From NCBI GenBank assembly GCA_038888155.1, contig JAWAJB010000001.1, positions 224,001 to 288,000 of the forward strand: DNA of 64,000 bases. The letters are read 5' to 3'. Made by a program: the position numbers and the translations under genes. The notes beneath the pieces were generated by a model that did no database searches, had not been told where the DNA came from, and saw only the letters and a list, made by a program, of their open reading frames with translations. Origin of the DNA: Desulfurococcaceae archaeon. Lineage in GTDB: Archaea; Thermoproteota; Thermoprotei_A; Sulfolobales; Desulfurococcaceae. How positions within the stretch are numbered: the first letter of the stretch is position 1; the number at the start of each line of letters is the position of its first letter. Of this stretch, positions 19,418 to 29,517 are shown piece by piece.

Positions 19418-20353
19418 CTAGCTTAAGTAGCCGCGTGCCCTAAAGAACTCTACAAGCCGCTTGGCTACATCCTCGCTAGCTCGCACCTGAGCTTCGTGAG
19501 TGCTTGCCCCAACGTGGGATGTTAGAACTACGTTATCTAGCTTGGCGAGTGCGTGGCCTGCAGGCAGCGGTTCTTCTTCGTAGACATCTAAGCCGGCTCC
19601 AGCAATCCAGCCCTCCTTTAGGGCCTTTACGAGGGCGCTTTCATCGATTACAGCGCCTCTTGCCGTATTTATTAGGATTGCTGTGCGCTTCATTAGCTTC
19701 AGCCTCTCTTCGTTAATCATGTGCTTTGTCTCTGGAGTTAGAGGTACATGTACGCTTACTATATCTGCGCTTCTCAATATATCCTCTACTGACATGTACT
19801 TCGCCCCTACTTCTTCCTCTAATCTCTTGTTCCTTGAAATATCGTAGTATATGATCTGCATGTTGAAACCGTGCTTAGCTATTTTAGCTACTAAAGAGCC
19901 GATCCTACCCGCGCCCAGTATTCCAAGTACCTTTCCGCTAAGCTCGCTGCCTACGGCTTGCTTCTTAGGCCACTCCCCCCTCCTAATTTCCCTATCGCAG
20001 TAAGCTATTTTCCTAGCTACAGCTATCATCAAGCCCACTGCTAGCTCAGCTACGCTTGTTGTTGTTGCCTCGGGCACAGTTATTACCTCTATGTTGCGAG
20101 ACTTCGCAGCATCTACATCAATGTTGTCCACGCCAACGCCAGCTCTAGCTATAACCTTGAGGCTATCTGCGGCCTCAATTACAGACCTTGTTACTAGGGG
20201 CCTGCTCCTTACTATTATGCCGTCGAAGCCCTTAATCAGCTTAGCTAGCTCCTCTACGGAGGGCTCCTCAACAAAGGCGGTTTCCACCCCGCTGGCCCTG
20301 AGGATCTCGACTCCCCCCTCGTGTATCTTGCTTGCAACTAGCACTCTAACCAA
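19418..20353 (-). CDS. D-2-hydroxyacid dehydrogenase (phosphoglycerate DH-like)
   Basis: RAGVGVDNID, GAGRIG, INTARG, LDVYEEEP, HVGAST. Confidence 0.9.
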   Translation of the reverse strand: MVRVLVASKIHEGGVEILRASGVETAFVEEPSVEELAKLIKGFDGIIVRSRPLVTRSVIEAADSLKVIARAGVGVDNIDVDAAKSRNIEVITVPEATTTSVAELAVGLMIAVARKIAYCDREIRRGEWPKKQAVGSELSGKVLGILGAGRIGSLVAKIAKHGFNMQIIYYDISRNKRLEEEVGAKYMSVEDILRSADIVSVHVPLTPETKHMINEERLKLMKRTAILINTARGAVIDESALVKALKEGWIAGAGLDVYEEEPLPAGHALAKLDNVVLTSHVGASTHEAQVRASEDVAKRLVEFFRARGYLS

Positions 20354-20383
20354 CTGCTTACCACCTCTACTTCGCTTAATACT

Positions 20384-21535
20384 CTAACTGTGGGGCTTAT
20401 AACCAATAGATGCTAATACTTCTCTAAGCGTGCTGAAAAGCGAGGCTATATCCTCATCTGTGATATAGCCCATGTGGCCTATTCTAAATGTAACATCTCT
20501 AACTTTACCGTATCCGCGGGCTATCTCAATGCCCCTCTTCCTCATTTCATCGTAAATCACTGGGCCCTTTATTCCGGGCGGATTATACACAACAGTTATA
20601 GTTGGACTATAGTACCCTGGCTCAGCGAACAGCTGAAGGCCAAGGTCTGTAGCGCCGCTCCTTATCTTCTCAGCTCTCTCTGAGTACATTTTAAGCCAAT
20701 TGTCCCGGCCCCCCATTTTCTCAACAATCCTTAGGGCAACGTTTAGGCCGACAACTTGAGGAACTGGCGGCGTTGTAGGAGTAGACCACTGAGTTTTAAG
20801 GTATTGCTGGATCTCCAGTAGGTCAAAGTATAGCCCTCTCTCGGGGAGGGCCTTAGCTCTGTTAAATACAGCTTCGCTAACAGCCGCCATAGACAGCCCT
20901 GGGGGGACGCCAAAGGCCTTCTGGCTACTGGCAAACACTAGGTCTATTCCCCATTCATCTACTCTAATATCAGCTGCGCCCATTGAGGATACAGCGTCTA
21001 CAAAAAGGAGCTTTTCCCTCTCTTTAACAACTTTAGCTAGCTCCTTAAGCGGGTTTATTACTCCTGTGCTTGTCTCGTTGTGAGTAATAGCGACTGCCTC
21101 TACATCGGGGCTCTTCTTTAGAGCTTCGTCCAGCTCGTTTGGTAGAACTGGCTTACCGAGCGGCTTTTCTAGGACTACTGGTGTTCTCCCATTTCTCTCA
21201 ACAGCTTCCCTGTACCTCTGCCCGAACTCGCCAATAATAGTTACTAGGACTTTCCCCCCTGGGGAAACCGCGTTTCTTATGCTGGCTTCCATAAATCCAG
21301 TGCCGCTAGAGGGAAATAGCAGAACAGTTGAGTGCCTTGCGCCGAGAAAATCTGCTAGCCTTTGAACGGTGTCTCGGTGGATGGCTCTATACTCATCTGA
21401 TCTATGGCTGAGCATCTGGAACTTCATGGCCTCTAGCACTTCGGGGAAGCATGCTACAGGTCCAGCAGTGAACAATTTTAGCGGCCTGGGCCACAAAATT
21501 CTCTCTACATCTTTAAGGACGTCGGGATAGAGCAT
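20384..21535 (-). CDS. Class V PLP aminotransferase (alanine-glyoxylate/serine-pyruvate)
   Basis: SGTGFME, HNETSTG, VDAVSS, SSQKAFGVPPG, FRIGHMG. Confidence 0.93.
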   Translation of the reverse strand: MLYPDVLKDVERILWPRPLKLFTAGPVACFPEVLEAMKFQMLSHRSDEYRAIHRDTVQRLADFLGARHSTVLLFPSSGTGFMEASIRNAVSPGGKVLVTIIGEFGQRYREAVERNGRTPVVLEKPLGKPVLPNELDEALKKSPDVEAVAITHNETSTGVINPLKELAKVVKEREKLLFVDAVSSMGAADIRVDEWGIDLVFASSQKAFGVPPGLSMAAVSEAVFNRAKALPERGLYFDLLEIQQYLKTQWSTPTTPPVPQVVGLNVALRIVEKMGGRDNWLKMYSERAEKIRSGATDLGLQLFAEPGYYSPTITVVYNPPGIKGPVIYDEMRKRGIEIARGYGKVRDVTFRIGHMGYITDEDIASLFSTLREVLASIGYKPHS

Positions 21536-21704
21536 GATATCTCATCCCGTGTATATACTATTGTGGGAGAAGTAAATAAGCGTGACAGCTTAGGTCCCCG
21601 TCGCTCCACCTTACATCACATTATCAGCACGTTCCTGCTAGGTCATCCCAGTTGGTAATTCTCTTTATGGCTTAATATAGCTCCCTTCGCGTTAAATCTT
21701 AAGT

Positions 21705-22076
21705 ATGGTGGAGCAATTGAAAGTGTACTTGAAGATGCGCAACAAGTCTTGGATGCTCATAGTAAAGAAGATCGAGCAGGTCTCTCTGTCGAGGAAGAAA
21801 CACGCTAGCAGATACATATTAGCGGGAGAGAGAGCAGATCCCCCAAAAATTAGCAAGGACTTTACGGCTATTGAGGTCCCAGCTAATATTGTGAACAAGT
21901 TTATATCCAAGCTGCTAGACTTGGGGGGCAATGATGAGATCGCGTTGATAGAGCCTTCAAGCGCAGACCGCTACGTTGTTAAAACAAGCAAAAAGGTCAA
22001 AAGAGCGCTTGATGAAATCTTAGCGAGCATTGCTTCGGGGAGCTCTAGGGACCATAAGGAAATAGAAACTTCTTGA
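21705..22076 (+). CDS. Hypothetical protein
   Basis: Clean ORF with upstream TATA. Confidence 0.6.
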   Translation: MVEQLKVYLKMRNKSWMLIVKKIEQVSLSRKKHASRYILAGERADPPKISKDFTAIEVPANIVNKFISKLLDLGGNDEIALIEPSSADRYVVKTSKKVKRALDEILASIASGSSRDHKEIETS

Positions 22077-22263
22077 TTACAGTTCCCTGGTCCCCTCTCT
22101 TAACTTCTAACCTCTCGAGATCCTTTCGGTACCCGCAGGCAGAGCACTTGTAGTAGATAGATACTTTCACTAAGTCTCCTATCTTCTCGGATTCGTATAT
22201 TACTGTCAATGAGTTGCCATCCCTAGGGCACTTAACTTCTCTACCGCCTTCTTCGCTGCTCAT
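22045..22263 (-). CDS. Small zinc-ribbon protein
   Basis: CPRD...YKCSACGY. Confidence 0.6.
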   Translation of the reverse strand: MSSEEGGREVKCPRDGNSLTVIYESEKIGDLVKVSIYYKCSACGYRKDLERLEVKRGDQGTVIKKFLFPYGP

Positions 22264-22316
22264 ACTTTGGTCCCTGCACGTTACTTTTATTTGCACACAC
22301 ATATTTTTAAATACCG

Positions 22317-23432
22317 GTGAATAACTTGATTGAAACGCTTCGCCGCGTTGCTGAAAGCAGGGGACTGGACGCTCTAATGATATCTGCTCCCGACAACGTA
22401 GAGTACCTCACAGGCGTCTCCACAGTAGCTGACTCTACTCTCTTAATGGTTTACTGCAGAGGAGAGGAGACAGCTTACCTGTACGTACCGCTCCTTGAGT
22501 ACTATAGGTATAGGGATCTTTCGCCTCCCAATGTAGTAGTGCGCGCCGTAGCTAAACCTACTGATGTTTTGCCGAGCAATGTGTTAGCCGTTAACAAGGA
22601 ATGGGGCGATATTATCTCGGAGTACAGGGGCTCAAAGAAAATCGGGGCAGATCTCTCGCATAAAAACCCACTTGGGAGAACAATTGAAGGCGTATTACCT
22701 GAAAAGGTCGTTGACGTATCAGATGAACTTTGGAGAGCTAGAGCAATAAAGTCTAGCCGCGAGATCGAGTCAATAGTAGAGGCCACGAAAATAACCCTGA
22801 GAGGAATACTAAGCGTGTATGCTGAAATTCACGACAACGTAACTGAGGCAATGCTAGCTGGCATATTCGAGAAGACCATTAGAGATCACGGCGCAGAAGG
22901 ATCTGCCTTTGAACCAATTGTGGCCTTCAAGCCGAACAACGCCTACCCGCACACAATGCCCGGTCAAAGAGCACTGAAGAGGGGAGACCTCGTATTGATA
23001 GATGTAGGCGCGAAGTTTAAAGGCAGATGCAGCGACGTTACAAGGATGATCACATATAGAAGACCTGAGCCTGAGGAGAGGAAGAGCATTGAAGTAGCCA
23101 TTGAGGCAGCCTACTCAGCAATAGATGCAATTGTGCCGGGGATAAAGGCCAGCGAAGTACACCAAGCGGCTACTAAGGTCTTAGAGAAGCACGGGCTAAA
23201 GGAGAGGTTCATACACGGGCTCGGACACGGCGTAGGCGTCGTTGTTCACGAGCCTCCATACATAAGGGCTAACAGTAGCGCAGTGCTGGAGCCTGGAATG
23301 GTGTTCACTGTTGAGCCGGGCATCTACTTCCCTGGTAAGTACGGAGTGCGAGTTGAGGAACTCGTGCTACTGACAAAGAAGGGCCCGAGAATACTGTCCA
23401 AGAGGCTCGAGTGCGCTTTATCGGCCCTATAG
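22317..23432 (+). CDS. Xaa-Pro aminopeptidase (M24B)
   Basis: DVGA...SDVTR, HGLGHGVG..VHE, FTVEPGIY, GVRVEE. Confidence 0.93.
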   Translation: MNNLIETLRRVAESRGLDALMISAPDNVEYLTGVSTVADSTLLMVYCRGEETAYLYVPLLEYYRYRDLSPPNVVVRAVAKPTDVLPSNVLAVNKEWGDIISEYRGSKKIGADLSHKNPLGRTIEGVLPEKVVDVSDELWRARAIKSSREIESIVEATKITLRGILSVYAEIHDNVTEAMLAGIFEKTIRDHGAEGSAFEPIVAFKPNNAYPHTMPGQRALKRGDLVLIDVGAKFKGRCSDVTRMITYRRPEPEERKSIEVAIEAAYSAIDAIVPGIKASEVHQAATKVLEKHGLKERFIHGLGHGVGVVVHEPPYIRANSSAVLEPGMVFTVEPGIYFPGKYGVRVEELVLLTKKGPRILSKRLECALSAL

Positions 23433-24230
23433 CCTGTCCAAAACTCCGAACAGGGGGCTATTTTTATATGAGATCAACACTTTCTTTATGTTTTGAACTG
23501 CGTCTAATCTAATGCTGGGCAGAGGAGGGTCTATATAAACGCCGGCGTCTAGCTTGCTGGCAATTGCGAGGGCGACTGGTATATCAGTGTTCCTCAGCTT
23601 GCCCGTTAAGTGCGCGAAGTACCCTATCAAGCCTAGTGCTGCGTATGCAGCCTCTATTGAGGCTGAGCCCATTGTCCTAACCTTGGCGTTCACGCCGCTC
23701 GCCTCGATGGCCTTCTTGACTCTCTCTATGTGCAGCGGGCTCTCAGCGTAAATAGAGGCTAGCTCTATTCCCCTGTTGAGGTACTTGTTCACAGCATTTC
23801 CATTAATGAAGACGCTGTTTCCGCACAGCTCTACAACATCTCCTGTGAACACGTTGTACACTATTCCGTACTTGGGCTCGACAACGCTTGTAAGCCCCCT
23901 GTAGACAGCTATAGAGATTGAAGCAAATGGAATTCTGTGGGCGTAGTTCAAGCTGCCATCGAGCGGATCTGCGAGGACAATGTAGTCGGGCTTGTCGCCC
24001 ACTCTCCACAGGCCTCTCTCCTCGCCTAAAACCCACGCCTGAAGCCCTGCTTCCTCAACTCTGCTCACAATGTGCTTCTCGGCGATAAGGTCTATGCGCC
24101 TAGTGACGTCGCCGCTTACGCCTATATTTACTACCTCAACGTAGTTCTCCTCGCCGAAGTGCTTGCGTATAATAGACGCTGTTGACTCCGCTATTTTCTT
24201 GAAGATAAAGCATATCTCCTCTTCGCGCAC
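23427..24230 (-). CDS. Inositol monophosphatase/FBPase family protein
   Basis: GD.TR.ID, GEE, DPLDGSLN, RTMGSAS. Confidence 0.88.
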   Translation of the reverse strand: MREEEICFIFKKIAESTASIIRKHFGEENYVEVVNIGVSGDVTRRIDLIAEKHIVSRVEEAGLQAWVLGEERGLWRVGDKPDYIVLADPLDGSLNYAHRIPFASISIAVYRGLTSVVEPKYGIVYNVFTGDVVELCGNSVFINGNAVNKYLNRGIELASIYAESPLHIERVKKAIEASGVNAKVRTMGSASIEAAYAALGLIGYFAHLTGKLRNTDIPVALAIASKLDAGVYIDPPLPSIRLDAVQNIKKVLISYKNSPLFGVLDRL

Positions 24231-24299
24231 TACTCCACCACCACTTTAATCTAAACACACTATAGAGTGATTAAACATGCCCAGTAAAAATATAACAAA

Positions 24300-24806
24300 G
24301 TGGGGTATTGCTTGAGGGAGTCGCCTGACCTCATAGTTACGTGCAGGACTAGCTCTGTGGAGTTGTGCAAACAGGAAGTGGGCAACGTAATATTTCGCAG
24401 AGACCAACGGGTTAAAATAGAGGAAACTCCCTTTAGGGGAGTTCTATTTATCTACACCTCGCTTGGTCCAGATAGAGCATACGCTGTATCTTCCCGCAGA
24501 GAGTACGGTTTTGTGGAGAGCATTATACCTGTACACTGCGCTCTCAAGAGCCCCCCGCCTGTGAATGAACTAGCGGAGTGCCTCGAGAAAGTAGTCAAGC
24601 TCTCAGAGATTAAGTTGAGAGTTAAGTCTAGGGGGCTGCGCGGAGTGAGTACGGATATCTTTAAATCTGTGAGCGAGGTAATTAGTAGGCTAGGAGTTAG
24701 GCATAGCCCGCAGGCCCAGAAGTGTCTCTACGTAGAGGTTTTCAGGGACAGCGTCTACGTGGGCCTCGGCGACTGCCTGTCCGTTTTTAAGTCCAGGATT
24801 GAGTAA
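24300..24806 (+). CDS. THUMP-domain protein
   Basis: LIVT...C.QEVGN, RVKSRG, LYVEV pattern; upstream of cdc6. Confidence 0.6.
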   Translation: MGYCLRESPDLIVTCRTSSVELCKQEVGNVIFRRDQRVKIEETPFRGVLFIYTSLGPDRAYAVSSRREYGFVESIIPVHCALKSPPPVNELAECLEKVVKLSEIKLRVKSRGLRGVSTDIFKSVSEVISRLGVRHSPQAQKCLYVEVFRDSVYVGLGDCLSVFKSRIE

Positions 24807-24809
24807 TGG

Positions 24810-26072
24810 TTGAGTGAAAGTTTTGGTGTAAACGTAACTATGAAGGATTCGTGGAGAATTATAGAGGAGGAGCTGAGCAAGCAGTCGATATTTAGGAGCA
24901 GAGAGAGCCTCATGCCTGAACACCTGCCGGATAATCTCCCCCACAGAGAGGACGGGCTGAGGGCCCTCGTCTCGTACTTTAAGCACCTCGTTACAAGCCC
25001 GGGAAGCATATCACAGCGAGTGCTAATAATGGGGGGAATAGGCACGGGCAAAACAGCTTTATCAAAGCTATTTGGCAAGACATTTACTCGCATGGCAAAG
25101 GACAAGGGGTATAACGTATCGTACGTGCACGTGAACTGCCACAGAAACAGAACGCTTTTCAACATAATTTACGACATAGCGAGGCAGCTTAACATCCCTA
25201 TACCGCCGCGAGGTCTATCTGCAAAGGAGATGTTCGACACTATACTGTCATACCTAGAAGAGCTAGATCTGCACGTTATAGTGGCACTCGATGAATTTCA
25301 CTACTTTGCTAGCATATCTAGGAACGACTCTCTCTACTTTATAGCTAGGGTATATGATGTATACGAGGGCGCAAAGCACATCAACTTCATATTTATCGCC
25401 TCAGATACTTCAAAGCTAGCGTTTCTTGATCCCACCACTGAGGGCTACTTACTGAGGCATGTGCTGAAGCTCGAACCCTATAGCTCACAGCAGCTCTTCG
25501 ATATTTTGAAGTACAGGGCCTCTCTATCCCTATACGAGGGGTCTTACGACGACGAAGTTCTGAAATTCATCTCAAGCTACGAGGGAGTGGATAAAGGGGG
25601 GGCTGGCAATGCAAGGCACGTACTGGAAACGCTTTTAATTGCTGGGGATATAGCCGAGAGGGAAGGCTCGAAGAAGATTACCCTAGAGCACAGTAGGAGA
25701 GCTCTAATGAGCCTGTCGAGAGATATAGTAAGCATAAGCGAAACTATTAGATACAGCACTCTCCACGAGCTCCTTGTGCTCCTCAGCATAGTTAAAGTGC
25801 TCAGGAGAACTGGCAGGGGGGAGGTTAAAATGGGCGACGTAGAGGAGGAGTACAATTTAATTTGCGAGTCATATCGCGAGATACCTCGAAAGCACACGCA
25901 GCTGTATGAGTACGTGCAGAACCTAGCAAAAGCTGGAGTAATATACGCTTATCCCAGCGGGAAGGGGTACAGGGGGAGAACGACTCTAGTCACTATACAC
26001 TACGGCCCCCTAGATGTGCTTGAAAATCACATAGTTGAGTTAATCAAGGAGAGGCGGGAGCTTGGATTCTAA
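24810..26072 (+). CDS. cdc6: Orc1/Cdc6 family AAA+ protein
   Basis: LPHRE, GGIGTGKT, HVNC, ALDEF, GNAR, C-terminal wHTH with GRT. Confidence 0.93.
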   Translation: MSESFGVNVTMKDSWRIIEEELSKQSIFRSRESLMPEHLPDNLPHREDGLRALVSYFKHLVTSPGSISQRVLIMGGIGTGKTALSKLFGKTFTRMAKDKGYNVSYVHVNCHRNRTLFNIIYDIARQLNIPIPPRGLSAKEMFDTILSYLEELDLHVIVALDEFHYFASISRNDSLYFIARVYDVYEGAKHINFIFIASDTSKLAFLDPTTEGYLLRHVLKLEPYSSQQLFDILKYRASLSLYEGSYDDEVLKFISSYEGVDKGGAGNARHVLETLLIAGDIAEREGSKKITLEHSRRALMSLSRDIVSISETIRYSTLHELLVLLSIVKVLRRTGRGEVKMGDVEEEYNLICESYREIPRKHTQLYEYVQNLAKAGVIYAYPSGKGYRGRTTLVTIHYGPLDVLENHIVELIKERRELGF

Positions 26073-26271
26073 GAGATACGACGACGTCGTAATAAGAGCA
26101 TTGAAGAGGCTAGGTGAGTGCAACTTAAACGCCCTCAGGAAGGAAACAGGGCTCTCCTACTACACTTTAGCGAAGAGCATAAGCAGGTTAATTTCGCAGG
26201 GCATTATCGCAGAGAAGAGAATAGGTAGGCTGAGGTTGTTTAAGCTAATTGAAGGTCGAGGCTCTGCTTGA
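26062..26271 (+). CDS. Small winged-HTH protein
   Basis: ALRKETGLSY.TL...I.RL...G, overlaps cdc6 stop. Confidence 0.7.
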   Translation: MDSKRYDDVVIRALKRLGECNLNALRKETGLSYYTLAKSISRLISQGIIAEKRIGRLRLFKLIEGRGSA

Positions 26272-26476
26272 AGGGACACGCTGCCCAGTATGTAGTGCAC
26301 TTAGACACTGAAGACCTAGTTAGGTACCTATTCGTTGCCTTGCAGTAAGATACGCAAGTAATCTCTGGCTCCCTTCCGAGCTGAACTACAGCGTAGTGGG
26401 GGCAGTTGCTCCGCTCAGTGCAAGAAGGCAGCGCGTGAACAGCTAAGTACACCTCTCTCGGCTTACTAGTGCTCAA
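26240..26476 (-). CDS. Small Cys-rich hypothetical protein
   Basis: GCGGTGG RBS; several Cys residues. Confidence 0.5.
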   Translation of the reverse strand: MSTSKPREVYLAVHALPSCTERSNCPHYAVVQLGREPEITCVSYCKATNRYLTRSSVSKCTTYWAACPFKQSLDLQLA

Positions 26477-26593
26477 GGTTCCACCGCTTATTATATTAAC
26501 TAAAGTTAAAGAATTAAATACCCTCTAGTGAAATACCATTTTGGGCCCGAACGGAATTGATGAAGAGCCCAGGCCATGCGCTGTGTAGAAAAT

Positions 26594-26692
26594 GGCCCGG
26601 GTAGCTCAGCCTGGTAGAGCGCCGGGCTGTGGACTCCCGAGATGATGGGGACAGATACCCGGAGATCCCGGGTTCAAATCCCGGCCCGGGCC
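26594..26692 (+). tRNA. tRNA-His(GTG) with encoded G-1 and 24-nt intron at 37/38 (26633-26656)
   Basis: Cloverleaf; anticodon GTG at 26629-26631; BHB helix CTGT/ACAG with 3-nt bulges; C73. Confidence 0.95.
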
Positions 26693-26802
26693 CTTGCGCT
26701 CATGCGGCTCTACGCCATTGAGCTTACCCCGCTGCTCAATAAAGAGCTTAGGAATGAGTAGCGCCTAAAATTAATCTGCTGTGCGCTTATATTATATTTT
26801 AG

Positions 26803-27117
26803 GTGAGGGGCTTGAGGATACTTGCATCAATTAAAGTTACACCTATAGGCACGAGCAGTTCCAGCCTAAGCAAGTACGTCGCTGAAGTAGTAGAAGTTTT
26901 AAGGCGCAGAAATTTGAAGTACGCTATTTCGCCTTTCAACACATCTGTAGAGCTAGACAGCTTGACGCAGCTCGTAGAGCTAGTAGAAGAAGTTAAGGAG
27001 AGGTTAAAGGAGATGGGAGTTCCTAGAGTGGGTATAGATATTAGCTTGGACCTGAGATTTGATAAAGAAACAACATTAGAGCATAAAGTGAACAGCGTTG
27101 TGCAGAAGCTTAAGTAG
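26803..27117 (+). CDS. MTH1187/thiamine-binding family protein
   Basis: V.PIGT.S.SLSKYVA, D.R.DK...LE.KV.SV. Confidence 0.85.
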   Translation: MRGLRILASIKVTPIGTSSSSLSKYVAEVVEVLRRRNLKYAISPFNTSVELDSLTQLVELVEEVKERLKEMGVPRVGIDISLDLRFDKETTLEHKVNSVVQKLK

Positions 27118-27164
27118 AGATATTAATCCTTACGTTCAAACTGCGCCTTTTTAGCAGCTAAAGA

Positions 27165-27238
27165 AGCCGCCGCCGGGATTTGAACCCGGGACCTCTGCCT
27201 TACCAGGGCAACGCTCCACCAGGCTGAGCTACGGCGGC
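27165..27238 (-). tRNA. tRNA-Thr(GGT)
   Basis: Complete intron-less cloverleaf on the minus strand. Confidence 0.97.
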
Positions 27239-27337
27239 CTTCTCTAGGTCTAATTTGATGTATAGTGAGCTTATATTTTAATTTTCTTCGCCTCTTTTGA
27301 GGTAGGGAACTTCAACTCTAGCCCTTAGAGAGCATAG

Positions 27338-29470
27338 CTAATCCGCTGTGCTGTACCCTAGCTCCCTTAGCTGTGTTCGCACTTCATCGGCAATTTTGGG
27401 GCCAAAAAGGGGGAGCGAGGCTATTCTCTTCTTAGGCACTTTAGCTAAGTCTTCAAGCGTTTTTATCCCATACTCTATTAATATCCTAGCCCTAACTCTA
27501 CCAATGTACCTAAGCGAAGCCAGCTCAAGGGCATCTGGCTTAACTCCTTTTTCAAGCCTCTGGGACAGCTTGCCTAGCTCCTTGTAGTAAGGTATGTCGC
27601 CTAAAACTCCAGCGATTTTGCTCAAAGCGCCTGTAATCCAGCTAGCTGTGTCCTTTAAGTTGTATACATCCCCAGGCCCTAAGTAGTATTTTTCCATAAT
27701 TCGATCCTCGTCTAACTCGTTAATCCAGTCGTAGAGGGCCATTGAGTGTACAAAGCCTCGCAACCAGTCATCGTAGTCCCCCAGCTCAGTAGTGGGGGGT
27801 ATTATTAAGCCGCTGCTTGAATATGCTTCAGCGAGCTCTTCGTAGTTTGCCAGGACTCTCCCGGGGATGTATGCGCTACTCCTCATGAAGTCAGGCGTGA
27901 GGGCCACTAAGTGCAATATGTAGATGTCGCGATATCTCTCAGGCCTATACTTGAAGAACGCGCTAACCGTTATTGGGTCGAGGTAGCTGAACGTCGTTAT
28001 TCTGCCTAGCTTCGTGGGCCTAGCAGAAGGCCCGCTCCTAGCGACCATGCCTAGTTCTCTCAAGAATTCAACTAGTTCATCTATACGCTTGTTTAGCTCG
28101 AAGCCAGCGTTGAGTTGGGCGGATAGGGTCCTGCCGAGAAGGTCTACGAGGCTGTCTATATCTCCTGCTTCAAGCGAAGTTAACGCTGAGAGTATGTGAA
28201 TTCTGAGGCTTCTCTCATTAAACAGCTTTCCCTGAACGGGCTCTGGCCTAGAGTCAATGTAGGTAAATCCCTCGCTCACACTTGAGGCATCAACGATAAT
28301 TGACTCCCCTATTTCATCATATTTAGGCCTACCAGCCCTTCCGACCATTTGCTTGTACTCAGATACGCTTATGTTCACTTTCCTGCCCCTCGTCGGGTCG
28401 TACCTCTTAATTGACACGATCACTCTCCTCGCGGGGAGGTTTACGCCAGCGGCGAGAGTTGGCGTAGCGTATATTACTCGTAAAAGCCTTTTCCTAAAGG
28501 CCTCTTCAACAGTCCTCCTAGAAACATGTGAAAGCCCTGCGTGGTGGAACCCAACTCCGCACAACATGAGGTTTCTCAAGTGCACTTTTTCAAGCCTTGT
28601 TGGCGCTTCTTCGAGCTCATCAATTAAGCTCGAGAGCTCGCGCGAGGAAGTATATCCCAATATGTTCGCTGTCTCGCTAGCTAGCTCCTCTACTCTCTTC
28701 CTGTTGTGTACAAAGACGAGGGTCTGGTAGCTATTCTCTAAGTTGTGCAGCACTAAGTTAATGATAGAGTCGCTGCTTTCCTCAGGCACTTCTTCTCTAC
28801 TACCGCTAGAAAAAACTACCTCGGACTTCCTCTTGTTGTAAACGCCTTCAACGAGCTTAACGGGCCTCCAATCGGATACGACAGCCTGGCCATTAATCCA
28901 CTTAGCTAAATCTGCTGGGTTACCTATAGTAGCTGACAGCCCTAGAACCCTTATGCCCTGCTTAAGCGACCTGGCGATAATCATCTCTATAATTGGACCT
29001 CTCTCTGGGTCGCTTACGTTGTGCATCTCGTCGACTACTACTAGCTTTACCCTATTCAGCCACGTCGGCTTGAGCCTCATTAAGCTGTCGAATCTCTCGT
29101 ACGTTGCAACAATGATGTCGTGCTCACCGAGGTGCTCAGCCGGCTGATCATAATCCCCCGTTGTAATTCCTATGCTTAAACCTAGTTTCCACAGTGCGCC
29201 GAACTCGCCGTACTTTTCGCTCGCAAGAGCTCGCAGGGGGGTTAAGTAGACGCCAATGCCCCTGTTTACAGCAGTCTTTACGAGGGCCATTTCAGCTACT
29301 AGCGTCTTGCCGCTAGCTGTAGGGGAGGATACAACCATGTTTGCGTCTCCCAGCAGTCCAAGCTCAACAGCGCGCACCTGGATGGGGTTCAGCTCTTCAA
29401 CTCCCCTCTCCTGGAGTATCTCTACGTAGGCCTTTGGGAGGCCGCGCTCAACGAGCTCGCTAACATTCAT
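27338..29470 (-). CDS. hel308: Hel308/Hjm SF2 DNA helicase
   Basis: PTASGKT, DEMH, LSAT, HHAGL, TPTLAAGVNLPA, QMVGRAGRP, C-terminal HhH with RAR. Confidence 0.93.
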   Translation of the reverse strand: MNVSELVERGLPKAYVEILQERGVEELNPIQVRAVELGLLGDANMVVSSPTASGKTLVAEMALVKTAVNRGIGVYLTPLRALASEKYGEFGALWKLGLSIGITTGDYDQPAEHLGEHDIIVATYERFDSLMRLKPTWLNRVKLVVVDEMHNVSDPERGPIIEMIIARSLKQGIRVLGLSATIGNPADLAKWINGQAVVSDWRPVKLVEGVYNKRKSEVVFSSGSREEVPEESSDSIINLVLHNLENSYQTLVFVHNRKRVEELASETANILGYTSSRELSSLIDELEEAPTRLEKVHLRNLMLCGVGFHHAGLSHVSRRTVEEAFRKRLLRVIYATPTLAAGVNLPARRVIVSIKRYDPTRGRKVNISVSEYKQMVGRAGRPKYDEIGESIIVDASSVSEGFTYIDSRPEPVQGKLFNERSLRIHILSALTSLEAGDIDSLVDLLGRTLSAQLNAGFELNKRIDELVEFLRELGMVARSGPSARPTKLGRITTFSYLDPITVSAFFKYRPERYRDIYILHLVALTPDFMRSSAYIPGRVLANYEELAEAYSSSGLIIPPTTELGDYDDWLRGFVHSMALYDWINELDEDRIMEKYYLGPGDVYNLKDTASWITGALSKIAGVLGDIPYYKELGKLSQRLEKGVKPDALELASLRYIGRVRARILIEYGIKTLEDLAKVPKKRIASLPLFGPKIADEVRTQLRELGYSTAD

Positions 29471-29517
29471 AGTAGCACGCTCACTCGCGCTTCATTTTTA
29501 TCCTAAATAGTTATTAA

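Noticed and set aside
24230-26800. Chromosomal oriC beside cdc6
   Set aside because: No ORB-like repeats (TCCA..GGAAAC...GGGG) or extended AT-rich unwinding element seen in the flanking intergenic DNA
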